Shown here: in pieces, positions 41,135-51,419 of the stretch | Layout of the letters: each line of letters opens with the position of its first letter | Position numbering within the stretch: the stretch's first letter is position 1 | DNA from: Chloroflexota bacterium | GTDB taxonomy: Bacteria > Chloroflexota > Limnocylindria > Limnocylindrales > CSP1-4 | Direction of reading: 5' to 3' | Assembly (NCBI GenBank): GCA_012026785.1 | Contig: VEOW01000115.1 | Span: forward strand, 3,495-67,494 | Length of the DNA stretch: 64,000 bases | Translations under genes and position numbers: made by a program | The notes under the pieces: model-generated | Databases searched by the model: none | The model's input: only the letters and a program-made list of their open reading frames with translations | Told to the model about the DNA's origin: nothing

Positions 41135-42894
41135 CGCTTCGTCTCCAGGTCCTCGCCGGTCGTCGTCTGCTCGCCGACGCCGGCCTCGTCGTCGGGGGCC
41201 GCCGGGACCTCGCCTGACGGCGCCGGCTGCTCCAGCAGGGCCGGCCCGGGCTCCGGCTCCCCGTGCCCGACGAGCCCATGGCGGGCGTCGAACAGCGGCC
41301 GTTCGGAGCGGATCTCCGGGAGGCGGTCGAAGTTGTAGGGCGGCGGCGGCGAGGTGGTGGCCCACTCGAGGGTGTTGCCCTCCCACGGGTCGTTGCCGGC
41401 GACCTTGCCGTTCCGGAGCGAGACGAAGACGTTCCAGATGAACGGCAGCATCGATAGCCCGATGAGGAAGCCACCGATCGTGGCGACCAGGTTCCAGTCG
41501 TTCCAGCCGGCCCCGCTCGCGTAGTCGGCAATCCGCCGCGGCATGCCCTTGACGCCAAGGATGTGCATCGGGAAGAAGGTCAGGTTGAAGCCGATGAACA
41601 TCAGCACGAACTGGACCTTGCCGAGGCCCTCGTCGAGCATTCGACCGGTCATCTTCGGGAACCAGTAGTAGATGCCGGCGAAGACCCCGAACGCCGAGCC
41701 GCCGAACAGCACGTAGTGGAGGTGCGCGACGACCCAGTAGGTGTCGTGGAGGGCGAAATCGACCGGCACCGAGGCGCTGAAGGCGCCGTTGATGCCGCCG
41801 ATCAGGAACATCGTCAGGAAGCCGACCGCGAACAGCAGCGGCGTCGAGAACGTCAGCTGGCCGCGGAACATCGTGAAGACCCAGTTGAACATCTTCACGC
41901 CGGTCGGGACCGCGATCAGGAACGTCATCAGGCTGAAGAACGGCAGGAAGACCGCGCCGGTCGTGAACATGTGGTGGGCCCAGACCGAGAAGCCGAGTGC
42001 CCCGATCCCGGCGGTGGCGAAGACGAACGCCTTGTAGCCGAACAGCGGCTTCCGGCTGAAGACCGGCAGGACCTCGCTGATCACGCCCATCGCCGGCAGG
42101 ACCATGACGTAGACCGCCGGGTGGGAGTAGAACCAGAACACGTTCTGGTACAGGACGGCGATGCCGCCGCTTTCGGGGTTGAAGAACGAGCCGCCGAGGT
42201 TGCGGTCGATGTACAGCATCACGATCGCGCTGGTGATCACCGGCGTCGCCATCACGACCAGGATGCTCGTGACCAGGACGGTCCAGACCATGATCGGCAT
42301 CCGGAACAGGGTCATCCCGGGGGCTCGCATCTTGAAGATCGTGACGAGGAAGTTGATGCCGCCGAGGATCGAGCTCGTGCCGATGAGGACCAGCGACGCG
42401 ATCCACAGGTCCTGCCCGGGGCCGGGGGACGCGAGGGGGCTGTTCCCGGCAAGCGGCGGATAGCTCGTCCAGCCCGCGGCGGCCGCGCCGCCGGGTGTCA
42501 GGAAGCCCATCAGCAGCAGGATCCCGCCGAGCGGCAGCATCCAGAACGACAGGGCGTTGATGCGCGGGAACGCCATGTCCGGCGCACCGATCATGAGCGG
42601 GACGGCGAAGTTCCCGAGCCCGGCCAGCATCGGGATGATGAACAGGAAGATCATCACCGTCGCGTGGATGGTGAACGACTCGTTGTAGACGTGCTCGTTC
42701 TGGAACAGCTGCAGTCCCGGTGCCGCCAGCTCGGCCCGGACGAGCAGTGCGAAGATCCCGCCAATCAGGAAGAACAAGAACGAGTTGATGACGTAGAGGA
42801 TCCCGATCTTCTTGTGGTCGGTCGTCGTCAGCCACTCGTAGAGGCCGCCGCGATACCCGGCGACGGCGGCGGGGCTCAGGGCGTGGGTGGCCAT
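41131..42894 (-). CDS. ctaD: Heme-copper oxidase subunit I, A2 type
   Basis: TTDHKKIG, GAPDMAFPRIN, FWFYSHPAVY, WAHHMF, PTGVK, AHLHY, GMPRR. Confidence 0.97.
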   Translation of the reverse strand: MATHALSPAAVAGYRGGLYEWLTTTDHKKIGILYVINSFLFFLIGGIFALLVRAELAAPGLQLFQNEHVYNESFTIHATVMIFLFIIPMLAGLGNFAVPLMIGAPDMAFPRINALSFWMLPLGGILLLMGFLTPGGAAAAGWTSYPPLAGNSPLASPGPGQDLWIASLVLIGTSSILGGINFLVTIFKMRAPGMTLFRMPIMVWTVLVTSILVVMATPVITSAIVMLYIDRNLGGSFFNPESGGIAVLYQNVFWFYSHPAVYVMVLPAMGVISEVLPVFSRKPLFGYKAFVFATAGIGALGFSVWAHHMFTTGAVFLPFFSLMTFLIAVPTGVKMFNWVFTMFRGQLTFSTPLLFAVGFLTMFLIGGINGAFSASVPVDFALHDTYWVVAHLHYVLFGGSAFGVFAGIYYWFPKMTGRMLDEGLGKVQFVLMFIGFNLTFFPMHILGVKGMPRRIADYASGAGWNDWNLVATIGGFLIGLSMLPFIWNVFVSLRNGKVAGNDPWEGNTLEWATTSPPPPYNFDRLPEIRSERPLFDARHGLVGHGEPEPGPALLEQPAPSGEVPAAPDDEAGVGEQTTTGEDLETKR

Positions 42895-42907
42895 GCGCGC
42901 GCCCTCC

Positions 42908-44017
42908 TCAGCGGACCGTCAGCGTCCCGGTCATCGCCGGGATGGGGTGGACGGAGCAGATGAACGTGTAGGTGCCCGCCGGGAGCGGGTCGTAGGTGTA
43001 GGTGGTGGAGGTTCCGCCGTCGATCGTCGGCTGGTCCTGGACGACGGTGGTGTTGTCGGTCTCGCGGATGTCGGCGTCATGCGGAACGCCGGGCGGGTCA
43101 TTGTTGGCGAACTGGATGGCGAACGGCGTGTCGGCCGGCACTTCCAGCTCGAGCGTGTCGTAGGCGATGTTTTCGGCCGAGAGGGTCAGCGTCGTCGCCC
43201 CGCTCGGCAGCGGCGGCGGGGTGGCGTTCGACTTCTCGATCAGCGCCGCCAGCCAGGCGTCGAAGTCGGCCTGGCTCAGCGCGAGGACGTCGAACAGCAT
43301 GACCCGATGTCCGGTCCCGCACAGCTCGGCGCACTGGCCGCGGTACGTCTGGCCGGCCTCGCTGGGGTCGAGGGTGAACTCGAAGTGGTTGGTCTGCCCG
43401 GGCACGACATCGCGCTTGAAGAGGAAGCGCGGGACGTACCAGGCGTGGATCACGTCGGGGCTGTCGAGGGTCACGTAGACCGTTCGCCCGACCGGGACGG
43501 CCATGCCGCCGCCCTGGTCGGCCACGGGGACGGACTGGGTGGCGAGAACCTGGCCGTTCGCGTCGAGGTACTCGAACTGCCACTGGAACTGGCCGGCCAC
43601 AGCGTGGACTCGAACGTCGGGATCGACGCTCACGGCTTCGATGTTGTTCAGCGTCTGCCACGAGATGACGAAGAGGTACAGGACGATGACCGTCGGGATC
43701 AGCGTCCACAGCACCTCGACGAAGTTGTTGCCGTGAGTCTGCGGCGGCAGGTCGGTGTCGGTCGGCTTCCGGCGGTAGCGGATGATGCTCCAGACGATCA
43801 GGCCCTCGACGGCGACGAAGATCGCGACGGCGATGGCGAAGACGATGTCGTAGAGCGAGGCGATCTCGCGAGCCTGGTCGGTCGCGGGCGCAGGCGGATA
43901 GAGGGCCGACCCGGCTCCGGTCAGGAACACCACGGCGACGACGGCGATCAGGAGCAGAACCACGGCACCCGCCACGAGCGCTTCGGAGGCGGGTTGTTTC
44001 CTGGGACTCGTCGACAT
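42908..44017 (-). CDS. ctaC: Heme-copper oxidase subunit II with C-terminal type-1 cupredoxin fusion
   Basis: EVLWT, QFQWQFEY, DVIH, CuA CAELCGTGHRVM, then PHD...[13 protein letters not shown]. Confidence 0.95.
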   Translation of the reverse strand: MSTSPRKQPASEALVAGAVVLLLIAVVAVVFLTGAGSALYPPAPATDQAREIASLYDIVFAIAVAIFVAVEGLIVWSIIRYRRKPTDTDLPPQTHGNNFVEVLWTLIPTVIVLYLFVISWQTLNNIEAVSVDPDVRVHAVAGQFQWQFEYLDANGQVLATQSVPVADQGGGMAVPVGRTVYVTLDSPDVIHAWYVPRFLFKRDVVPGQTNHFEFTLDPSEAGQTYRGQCAELCGTGHRVMLFDVLALSQADFDAWLAALIEKSNATPPPLPSGATTLTLSAENIAYDTLELEVPADTPFAIQFANNDPPGVPHDADIRETDNTTVVQDQPTIDGGTSTTYTYDPLPAGTYTFICSVHPIPAMTGTLTVR

Positions 44018-44168
44018 GACTCCTCGTGCGGTCGGTCAGGACAAGGGGTCCAACGGGCTGCGCTCGACACCCGCCGGAACAGGACGCGCGTGCTGGCCGA
44101 CCGCGACGGGTCAACCGACCCGCATGATAGCGCGAGGCCGAGATCGCGCGCCGTGCCACCATGACGGG

Positions 44169-45233
44169 GTGATCTGCCTCTCCTCGTGCCCCGGCCGCGT
44201 CGTCCCCCGGCTCGTCGGGGGCGGCGTTGCCGTCCTCGCGCTGGCCGCGATCGCGGGCCCGGTGGCGGCCCACGGCGGCGCGCCCGACGAGGCGCCGACG
44301 CTGGCGTCGTTCGTGTTCGACTGGTCGTTCGAGCCGCTGGTCGCGATCCCGTTGGTCCTGGCTGCGCTGGTCTGGCTGACCCTCGTCGACCGCGCCGGCC
44401 GACTGCATCCCGGGCACCCGGTCTCGCCATGGCGCACGGCGGCGTTCTTCGGCGGGCTGGCGGCGGTCGCGATGGCCCTCATGTCCGGGGTGGAGGCGTA
44501 CGACACGACCCTCTTCTCGGTCCACATGGTCCAGCACATGCTGCTGACCTTCGCCGCCGCGCCGCTCCTCGTTCTCGCCGCGCCGGTCACCCAGCTGCTA
44601 CGGGCCGCCAGCCCGGAGGTCCGGCGCCGCTGGATCCTGCCGATCCTGCACTCTGGCCCGGTGGCCGTCCTCGGCCACCCGGTGGTCGCGTGGCTGACGT
44701 TCACGGTCGTCATGTGGGCGACCCACTTCTCGCCGCTGTTCGACATGGCGCTCGAGGACCCCTTCCTCCACGACATCGAGCACGCGCTGTTCCTCGGGTC
44801 CGCGCTGCTGTTCTGGTGGCCGGTCGTGGGGGCCGATCCCGGTCCGCGGCGAATGGGCTTCGCCGGGCGGGGCCTGTACCTACTCCTGCAGATGCCGCCG
44901 AACTCGTTCCTCGCGGTCGCGATCCTGATGGCCGGCGCGCCGCTGTACCCCCATTACGCGACACTCGGCTCGCCCTACGGCATCGACCCGCTGGCCGACC
45001 AGCAGCTCGCCGCCGGGCTGATGTGGGTCGTCTCCGACTTCGTGTTCATCGGCGCGATCCTGCTCGTGGTCGCGGCCTGGATGCGCCAGGAGGAGCGGGA
45101 CGCCCCGGCGGTCGAGCGGCGGGTGGAGCGGGAGCGGCAGCGGATCAGCCAGCGGGCGGAGGAGCTCGCTGCCCGGACCGGTCAGCCCGGCGAGCCGTCC
45201 TCGGGCGGCGGCCAGGCGAGCAGGGTTCGGTAG
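44169..45233 (+). CDS. ctaG: Cytochrome c oxidase assembly factor (Caa3_CtaG family); start uncertain
   Basis: FSVHMVQHMLL, HDIEHALF, FWWP, DQQLAAGLMW. Confidence 0.9.
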   Translation: MICLSSCPGRVVPRLVGGGVAVLALAAIAGPVAAHGGAPDEAPTLASFVFDWSFEPLVAIPLVLAALVWLTLVDRAGRLHPGHPVSPWRTAAFFGGLAAVAMALMSGVEAYDTTLFSVHMVQHMLLTFAAAPLLVLAAPVTQLLRAASPEVRRRWILPILHSGPVAVLGHPVVAWLTFTVVMWATHFSPLFDMALEDPFLHDIEHALFLGSALLFWWPVVGADPGPRRMGFAGRGLYLLLQMPPNSFLAVAILMAGAPLYPHYATLGSPYGIDPLADQQLAAGLMWVVSDFVFIGAILLVVAAWMRQEERDAPAVERRVERERQRISQRAEELAARTGQPGEPSSGGGQASRVR

Positions 45234-46186
45234 CGTTCGGGATCCACGTTCCCACCGCTGACCACGGCAACGATGGTCCCACGGGCGTCCGCCAGGTTGG
45301 CCTCGGCGAGGTGGTAGCAGGCCGCTGCCGCGGCCAGTGCGCCCGACGGCTCGGCGACAAGGCGGCTCTCCTCGGCAATCCGGCGCACGGCCGCCGCGAT
45401 CTCCGCCTCGGTCACGGTCACGATCGCGTCGAGCAAACGCGAGAGGTGGGCGAAGTTGCGCTCGCCGATCGATTGCGTTCGGGTGCCATCGGCGATCGTG
45501 CGGCTCGTCAGGGCCCCGTCCCAGCGGACCCGGCGACCCTCCCGCAGCGACGCCGCCGCGTCAGCGGCCAGCTCCGGCTCCACGCCGATCACCCGAGCGG
45601 CCGGGCACAGGGCAGCGACGGCGACCGCGACGCCCGACGCCAGCCCACCGCCCCCCACCGGCACCAGCACCGCCTCGAGATCGGGGACGTCCTCGGCGAT
45701 CTCGAGCCCGACCGTGCCCTGGCCGGCGATGATCCGGTCGTCGTCGTAGGGCGGGATCGGGACGAGCCCGCGCTCGCTGGCCAGCCGTTCGGCCATCGCC
45801 TCGCGCTCGCCGCTGGCCGTCCCGACGGTCACGATCTCGGCGCCGTCCGCCTCGACCCGGCGGCGCTTCACGGCCGGGGCATCCGAGGGCATCACGATCG
45901 TCGCCCGGACGCCGAGCAGGCGGGCCGCCCGGGCGACGCCCTGGGCATGGTTGCCCGACGAATGGGTCACGACCCCGCGCGCCCGCTGCTCGGAGGTGAG
46001 CGAGGCGATGGCGTGGTAGGCGCCGCGGATCTTGAATGCCCCGATGGGCTGGAGCGACTCGGCCTTCAGGAGGACCCGCGGCGGGCCGGGCAGGAACGGC
46101 ACGAGAGGCGTTCGGATGGCCACTCCCGCGAGATTCGCCGCGGCCGCCCGGACCTCGTCGATGGTGACGAGGCCCGCCTCGTTCAC
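45182..46186 (-). CDS. Threonine/serine dehydratase family PLP enzyme
   Basis: KAESLQPIGAFKIRGA, SSGNHAQG, GQGTVGLE, VGGGGL, SGGN; no ACT domain. Confidence 0.92.
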   Translation of the reverse strand: MNEAGLVTIDEVRAAAANLAGVAIRTPLVPFLPGPPRVLLKAESLQPIGAFKIRGAYHAIASLTSEQRARGVVTHSSGNHAQGVARAARLLGVRATIVMPSDAPAVKRRRVEADGAEIVTVGTASGEREAMAERLASERGLVPIPPYDDDRIIAGQGTVGLEIAEDVPDLEAVLVPVGGGGLASGVAVAVAALCPAARVIGVEPELAADAAASLREGRRVRWDGALTSRTIADGTRTQSIGERNFAHLSRLLDAIVTVTEAEIAAAVRRIAEESRLVAEPSGALAAAAACYHLAEANLADARGTIVAVVSGGNVDPERYRTLLAWPPPEDGSPG

Positions 46187-46524
46187 CTTGGCCGCTTCCT
46201 CGCGTCGTCGATGCACAGCGAGACCCACGGGATGGCCTCCAGCCGCTCCGGCGCGATCGGCCGGCCGCATTCCACGCAGGTCCCGTAGTCGCCTCGATCC
46301 AGCGCCTCAAGGGCCCAGCGGACGTTGGCCAGCTCGGAGCGCGCCTGGTCTCGGAGGGCGAGATCCCGCTGCTGCTCGAAGACGTGGGTGGCGGCCGCGG
46401 CCTGGGAGCCGTAGGTCATCTGGCCGGGCCCCTCGATCGGCTCCCCGAGCAGCTCGAGCAGACGCCGTTGCTCGGCTTGGAGCCGCGCACGGATGACCGC
46501 CAGATCGAGTCCCGTTTCCGTCAT
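46183..46524 (-). CDS. TraR/DksA C4-type zinc-finger protein
   Basis: GDYGTCVECGRPIAPERLEAIPWVSLCIDD. Confidence 0.88.
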   Translation of the reverse strand: MTETGLDLAVIRARLQAEQRRLLELLGEPIEGPGQMTYGSQAAAATHVFEQQRDLALRDQARSELANVRWALEALDRGDYGTCVECGRPIAPERLEAIPWVSLCIDDARKRPR

Positions 46525-46616
46525 CGATCGATCGTACCAGCGCCCAATCCAGCTTCGAGGGCCCACTGAGCACCGATCGCGGGGCCGATCGGCCCCATCG
46601 CGCCGGGCGCTCGAAC

Positions 46617-47420
46617 CTACAGCCGCGCCCCGGCGGTCTCGGCCCCGCTGATTCGTGTCGCCAACCAGACCGGGATGATGCTGACCAGGATCAGCACGAA
46701 TGCCAGGACGTTGACGACCGGCAGCTCGTTGGGCCGCTGGATCGCGGCGAAGATGAACATTGGAATCGTCTGCGTTCCCGGCCCGGACGTGAACAGCGTC
46801 ACGATGATCTCGTCGAACGACAGCGCGAACGACAGCAGTCCCCCGGACATGAGGGCCGTGCCGAGCCGTGGGCCCGTGACTCGGCGGAACGTCGTCCACA
46901 TATCGCCGCCAAGATCAGCCGAGGCTTCCTCCGGTGAGCGCGGGAGGCGTCGCAGTCGCGCGATGACGTTGTTGTAGACAACCACGACGCAGAAGGTGGC
47001 GTGCCCGATCACGACCGTCAGCAGCCCGAAATCGATGCCGACGGTGATGAACGTCCGCTGCAGGGCGACGCCCGTCACAACGCCGGGGAGGGCGATCGGA
47101 AGCACGAGGAGGAACGAGATGGTCTGTCGCCCGAAGAAGCTGTACCGGTGGACCGCGATCGCGGCCAGCGTCCCGAGGACGAGGGCGACCCCAGTGGCGA
47201 ACGAGCCCGCCAGCAGCGAGTTCACCACGGCCCGGGTCACGGCCGGGTTGTTGAGGGCCTCCTCGAACCAGTGGAGGGTGAGATCCGCCGGTGGCCACGC
47301 CTGCAGGCGGCTGCTGTTGAAGGCATAGATCGCGACGACGATCAATGGCAGGTACAGGAACGCGAGCACGGCACTGCTGGCGATCCGCAGCAGCCACTTC
47401 ACGGGACGGGACTCAACCAT
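46617..47420 (-). CDS. Polyamine-type ABC permease (PotC-like)
   Basis: FLYLPL, EEASADLG, FALSFDE. Confidence 0.9.
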   Translation of the reverse strand: MVESRPVKWLLRIASSAVLAFLYLPLIVVAIYAFNSSRLQAWPPADLTLHWFEEALNNPAVTRAVVNSLLAGSFATGVALVLGTLAAIAVHRYSFFGRQTISFLLVLPIALPGVVTGVALQRTFITVGIDFGLLTVVIGHATFCVVVVYNNVIARLRRLPRSPEEASADLGGDMWTTFRRVTGPRLGTALMSGGLLSFALSFDEIIVTLFTSGPGTQTIPMFIFAAIQRPNELPVVNVLAFVLILVSIIPVWLATRISGAETAGARL

Positions 47421-47426
47421 CGGCGA

Positions 47427-48356
47427 TCACAGCGATTCGAAGGCGCCGAGCCGCCGCGCGACCGCCAGGTAGACGACCATGATCGTGATCGGCACCAGGG
47501 AATAGGCGGCGGCGAGCGGCGGGCTGCCGAGGCTCGAGTTGTCGTAGATGACATTGCCGATGAACTTCGCGTCCGACACGAGGTCGGGCGTGATGTAGTC
47601 ACCGAGCGTCAGCGAGAACGTGAAGATCGAGCCGGCGACGAGGGCCGGGAACACGAGCGGCAGGATGACCCGCCGGAACGTCGTCCGCGCCCGGCCGCCC
47701 AGGTCCGCCGACGCCTCCAGCAACGACGCGGGAATGCGCTCGAGGCCGGCGTACAGGGGCAGGATCATGTACGGCAGCCACAGGTAGCTCAGCACGAGCC
47801 ACGTGTTGGCGAGCTCCTTCAGGCCCTGCCACGGCTGGCCGAGGCCGAAGGGCTCCAGGACCCATTCGAGCAGTCCGTTGCCCTGGAGGATCGTCCGCCA
47901 GGCGTACACCTTCACCAGGTAGGCCGCCCAGAGCGGCATGAGCACGGCGATCACCAGCGCGTTCCGAACGCGCGGCGAGGCGACTCGGGCCATGTAGTAG
48001 GCGATCGGGAAGGCCAGCAGCGCGTCGGTTACCGTCACCAGCGCGGCGATCCCGATGGTCCGGATGGCGACCGTCCGGTAGACCTCACCGTTGATGAGGC
48101 TCTCGAACGCCGCCAGCGACCAGGCGAACGGCTCCACGTTGCCGGTGAAGGTGTCCTTCTCCCAGAACGCGCTCAGCAGCAGCACGAACAGCGAACCGAG
48201 ATAGACGAGGACCAGCCAGCCCAGGGGGGTGGCGAGCAGCAGCCCGAGCTGCAGCCGGCGGCGAGGGAACAGCCAGATCGCTAGCCGTCGGGGCAGGCTG
48301 CGGGGTGGGCGCTCGTCGTGGGTCGCGTGGATCGATGTGGCAGTCATGTCGACCAA
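47427..48356 (-). CDS. Polyamine-type ABC permease (PotB-like)
   Basis: AFPIAY, LPYMILPLY, LLEASADLG, LGDYITP. Confidence 0.9.
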   Translation of the reverse strand: MVDMTATSIHATHDERPPRSLPRRLAIWLFPRRRLQLGLLLATPLGWLVLVYLGSLFVLLLSAFWEKDTFTGNVEPFAWSLAAFESLINGEVYRTVAIRTIGIAALVTVTDALLAFPIAYYMARVASPRVRNALVIAVLMPLWAAYLVKVYAWRTILQGNGLLEWVLEPFGLGQPWQGLKELANTWLVLSYLWLPYMILPLYAGLERIPASLLEASADLGGRARTTFRRVILPLVFPALVAGSIFTFSLTLGDYITPDLVSDAKFIGNVIYDNSSLGSPPLAAAYSLVPITIMVVYLAVARRLGAFESL

Positions 48357-48365
48357 ACCATGATG

Positions 48366-48394
48366 AAGGGCTCCCCGCGGCGCGGGGAGCCCTT
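48366..48394 (-). promoter_or_regulatory. Perfect 13-bp hairpin between the binding-protein and permease genes
   Basis: AAGGGCTCCCCGC-GGC-GCGGGGAGCCCTT. Confidence 0.65.
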
Positions 48395-48413
48395 ATCACG
48401 CTGCTTCTCCGGA

Positions 48414-49634
48414 TCAGCCGCCGCGGAGCTGCGTCCAGGCCGCGACCCAGTCGTCCTGCGTCTTGCAGGTCGTGGCCGCGTCCTCGTCGGCACAATCCTG
48501 TTGCGGCGTCGCCCAGTACCAGACCTTCGAGTAGTAGGCCTCGTCGGTCGCGTGGGTGACCTCGCAGTGGCCGGGCGAGATCGTCTCGGCGTAGTCGCAC
48601 GCCGCCTGGCTCGTGGCCGCCTCGCCGAAGTAGACCGTTGCCTGGCCGTTGGCCTCGGCCGACATCATGTGGTCCATCCACATGAGCATGCAGTTTGGAT
48701 GGGCCGCGTTGGCGTGGATCATCCAGGTGTCGGACCAGCCGGTGGAGCCCTCCTCGGGCAGGATGCCCTCGACGGCCACGCCGTCGGCCTTGAGCAGCGC
48801 GACCTGGAGCGGCCAGGTCGTGCCGATGACGACATCACCGGCGGCGTACGACGCCATCTGGTCCGTGTAGACCGACCAGTACAGGGAACCCGCATCCCGC
48901 TGCGCCGCCAGGAGGTCGACCGCGGCGTTGAACTGCTCCTCGTTGAGCTGGTAGGGGTTGGTGACGCCGAGGTCCGGCTGCGTGGCCATCAGGTGGAGGG
49001 CCGCGTCGGCGATGTAGATCGACGAGTCGTAGATGCTGATCTTGCCAGCGTAGTCGGCGGCGTTCTCCCACACGCCGTCCCAGGTCGTGGGCGCCGGTGT
49101 GACCGCCTCGGTGTTGTACATGAGCAGGTTCGCGCCGCGGCCGTGGGGGACGCCGTAGTTCACGCCGTCCACGGTGTTGTGCGGCAGGTCCTTGAGGCCG
49201 TCGAACACGTTCGCGTAGTTCTCGAAGATCGACGTGTCGACCGGGGCGACGATGCCGCCCTGGATCAGGCGGGTCGTGGCGTCACCGGAGGCCGAGATGC
49301 CGTCGTACTGGCCGGACTGCATGAGGGCGACGCCGTTGTTCGAGTCGGTCATGTCGGTCGTGTTGACCTTGCAGCCGGTTCGTTCCTCGAACGGCGTCAC
49401 CCAGTCGAACTCCGGATACGTGGCACCGCGCTCGGCGTAGCCGGCCCAGATGATCAGGTTCAGCTCGCCCTCGCCTGGCCCGATGCCGCTCATCGACGGC
49501 GCGGCCGTCGGTCCCGCGGTGGCGGGTGTGTCGGTCGGTGTGCTCGTGGGCGCCGTGGTGGCGGCCGGTCCGGAGCACGCCGCTGCGACGAGCGCGAGCA
49601 CCGTCAATGCCCCCATAGCCTTTCGTGAATTCAC
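48414..49634 (-). CDS. Polyamine-type ABC substrate-binding lipoprotein (PotD/YdcS-like)
   Basis: AAAC lipobox, LNLIIWAGYAE, ASGDA, PEEGSTGWSDTW. Confidence 0.9.
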   Translation of the reverse strand: MNSRKAMGALTVLALVAAACSGPAATTAPTSTPTDTPATAGPTAAPSMSGIGPGEGELNLIIWAGYAERGATYPEFDWVTPFEERTGCKVNTTDMTDSNNGVALMQSGQYDGISASGDATTRLIQGGIVAPVDTSIFENYANVFDGLKDLPHNTVDGVNYGVPHGRGANLLMYNTEAVTPAPTTWDGVWENAADYAGKISIYDSSIYIADAALHLMATQPDLGVTNPYQLNEEQFNAAVDLLAAQRDAGSLYWSVYTDQMASYAAGDVVIGTTWPLQVALLKADGVAVEGILPEEGSTGWSDTWMIHANAAHPNCMLMWMDHMMSAEANGQATVYFGEAATSQAACDYAETISPGHCEVTHATDEAYYSKVWYWATPQQDCADEDAATTCKTQDDWVAAWTQLRGG

Positions 49635-49705
49635 TGCTCCTCCTCGAGCTCCCGTATTGCGGGAGCGCCCTTCCTCCGTCCGCCGCACGCGCGGCGGATC
49701 GACGG

Positions 49706-50842
49706 TCAACCCTCGGCCACCGGCAGGTTGTGCTGACGCTTCCAGGTGAGCTGGACCGCCCGCCCCTTCGCCGCCAACGCCTCCATGGACGAGGTCGCCA
49801 GGTTCTGCTCGGTGACCACGAGCTCCGGTCCCGCCTCCAGCGAGACGAGATATCGCGTATCGGGCCCGAGGTACACGACCTCGCGGACGTGCCCCGCGGC
49901 CCCGACCTCATCCGGCCCGGGCTCGGCCTCGGGTGCGCGGATGTGGATCTTCTCGGGCCGGACGGTGAACGTTCCGTCCGCCCCCAGGATCGTGCGCGCT
50001 GCTTCGCCGCTGATCAGGTTCGAGTGGCCGACGAAGCCGGCCACGAAACGGGTCGCGGGACGCTCGTAGATCTCGGCCGGCGAGCCGAGCTGCTCGATCC
50101 GGCCGCGATTGAAGACCGCGAGGCGGTCGCTCATCGTGAGCGCCTCCTCCTGGTCGTGGGTGACGTAGATGAAGGTGATGCCGACCTCCTGCTGGATGGC
50201 CTTGAGCTCGAGCTGCATCTCCTCGCGGAGCTTCAGGTCCAGGGCGCCCAGGGGCTCGTCGAGCAGCAGCACCCGGGGGCGGTTGACCAGCGCCCGCGCC
50301 AGTGCGACGCGCTGGCGTTGGCCACCCGACAGCTGCGAGGGCTTGCGCCGCTCGTAGCCCGACAGCCGAACCATCGCCAGGGCGTCCCCGGCACGCCGCA
50401 GCCGCTCGGCCCTGGGAACCTTGCGGATCACGAGGCCGTAGCCGACGTTGTCCCCCACGCTCATGTGGGGGAACAGGGCGTAGTCCTGGAAGACGGTGTT
50501 GACGTCCCGTTCGAATGGCGGGCGGGTCGTCACGTCCTCGCCATGCAGCCAGACGCGGCCCGAGGTCGGCGATTCGAACCCGGCGATCAGCCGCAGGGTC
50601 GTCGTCTTGCCCGAGCCCGACGGGCCGAGCATCGAGAAGAACTCGCCGTCACCGATCTCCAGGCTGACGTCGTCGACCGCGACCACGGCCGACGAATCGG
50701 CCGCGCCCTCGGCGGTCCCGGCGCCTCGGCCGCGGGCGGCCTCGCCGCCGAACCGCTTCACGACGTGCTCGAGGCGGACGGCCGGGATCATCGCATCGGC
50801 GCGCGCATCGCCCGTTGCGGCCGAGCGGGTCATCGTGGCCAA
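49706..50842 (-). CDS. Polyamine-type ABC ATP-binding protein (PotA-like)
   Basis: [41 protein letters not shown] domain. Confidence 0.93.
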   Translation of the reverse strand: MATMTRSAATGDARADAMIPAVRLEHVVKRFGGEAARGRGAGTAEGAADSSAVVAVDDVSLEIGDGEFFSMLGPSGSGKTTTLRLIAGFESPTSGRVWLHGEDVTTRPPFERDVNTVFQDYALFPHMSVGDNVGYGLVIRKVPRAERLRRAGDALAMVRLSGYERRKPSQLSGGQRQRVALARALVNRPRVLLLDEPLGALDLKLREEMQLELKAIQQEVGITFIYVTHDQEEALTMSDRLAVFNRGRIEQLGSPAEIYERPATRFVAGFVGHSNLISGEAARTILGADGTFTVRPEKIHIRAPEAEPGPDEVGAAGHVREVVYLGPDTRYLVSLEAGPELVVTEQNLATSSMEALAAKGRAVQLTWKRQHNLPVAEG

Positions 50843-51071
50843 GCGGCTCCTTCGTGCGGGTCGCGTCGATCGTGCGCCAATCTGCGGCGTGATTCGTCGC
50901 TCGAGCCTCTCCCTCCCGCGAGGTTCGAACGACTGGCCGGGCGGCGGATGCGCGGACTATCCGGGCCGCGGGGCGCCGTGTCAAGACGGCGCCTTCGCGA
51001 TCGGGCCGGTGCTACCCTGACGAGGCCCGTCGGGGACAGGCGTCCAGCACGAGAGGAGTCGATTTCCCGCC

Positions 51072-51359
51072 ATGACCTACGTCATCGCCGAGCCGTGCAT
51101 TGACGTGCTCGACCTTGCCTGTGTCTCGGTCTGCCCGGTCGACTGCATCCACTACGAGGAAGGCGTCGATCGCAAGCTGTTCATCGCCCCCAACGAGTGC
51201 ATCGACTGCGGGGCCTGCGAGCCCGAGTGCCCGGTGAACGCCATCTTCCCCGAGGACCAGGTACCGGCCGAATGGGCCGAGTACACCCAGATGGACGCGG
51301 TCTGGTTCAACGACCGCGACGCCGCGCGCCAGATGGTGGACGCCGCCAAACCTCGCTGA
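51072..51359 (+). CDS. fdxA: 7Fe (3Fe-4S/4Fe-4S) ferredoxin
   Basis: MTYVIAEPCID...CVSVCPVDCI...CIDCGACEPECP. Confidence 0.93.
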   Translation: MTYVIAEPCIDVLDLACVSVCPVDCIHYEEGVDRKLFIAPNECIDCGACEPECPVNAIFPEDQVPAEWAEYTQMDAVWFNDRDAARQMVDAAKPR

Positions 51360-51419
51360 GCGCCGCCACGCGCCGCGCCGCTCACGGAGGCGGCCAGGAC
51401 GCGTGGCATACTCGGCCCG

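Noticed and set aside
45182..45233. Functional antisense overlap of ctaG and the dehydratase
   Set aside because: A 52-bp convergent overlap of low-complexity tails is common in GC-rich genomes.
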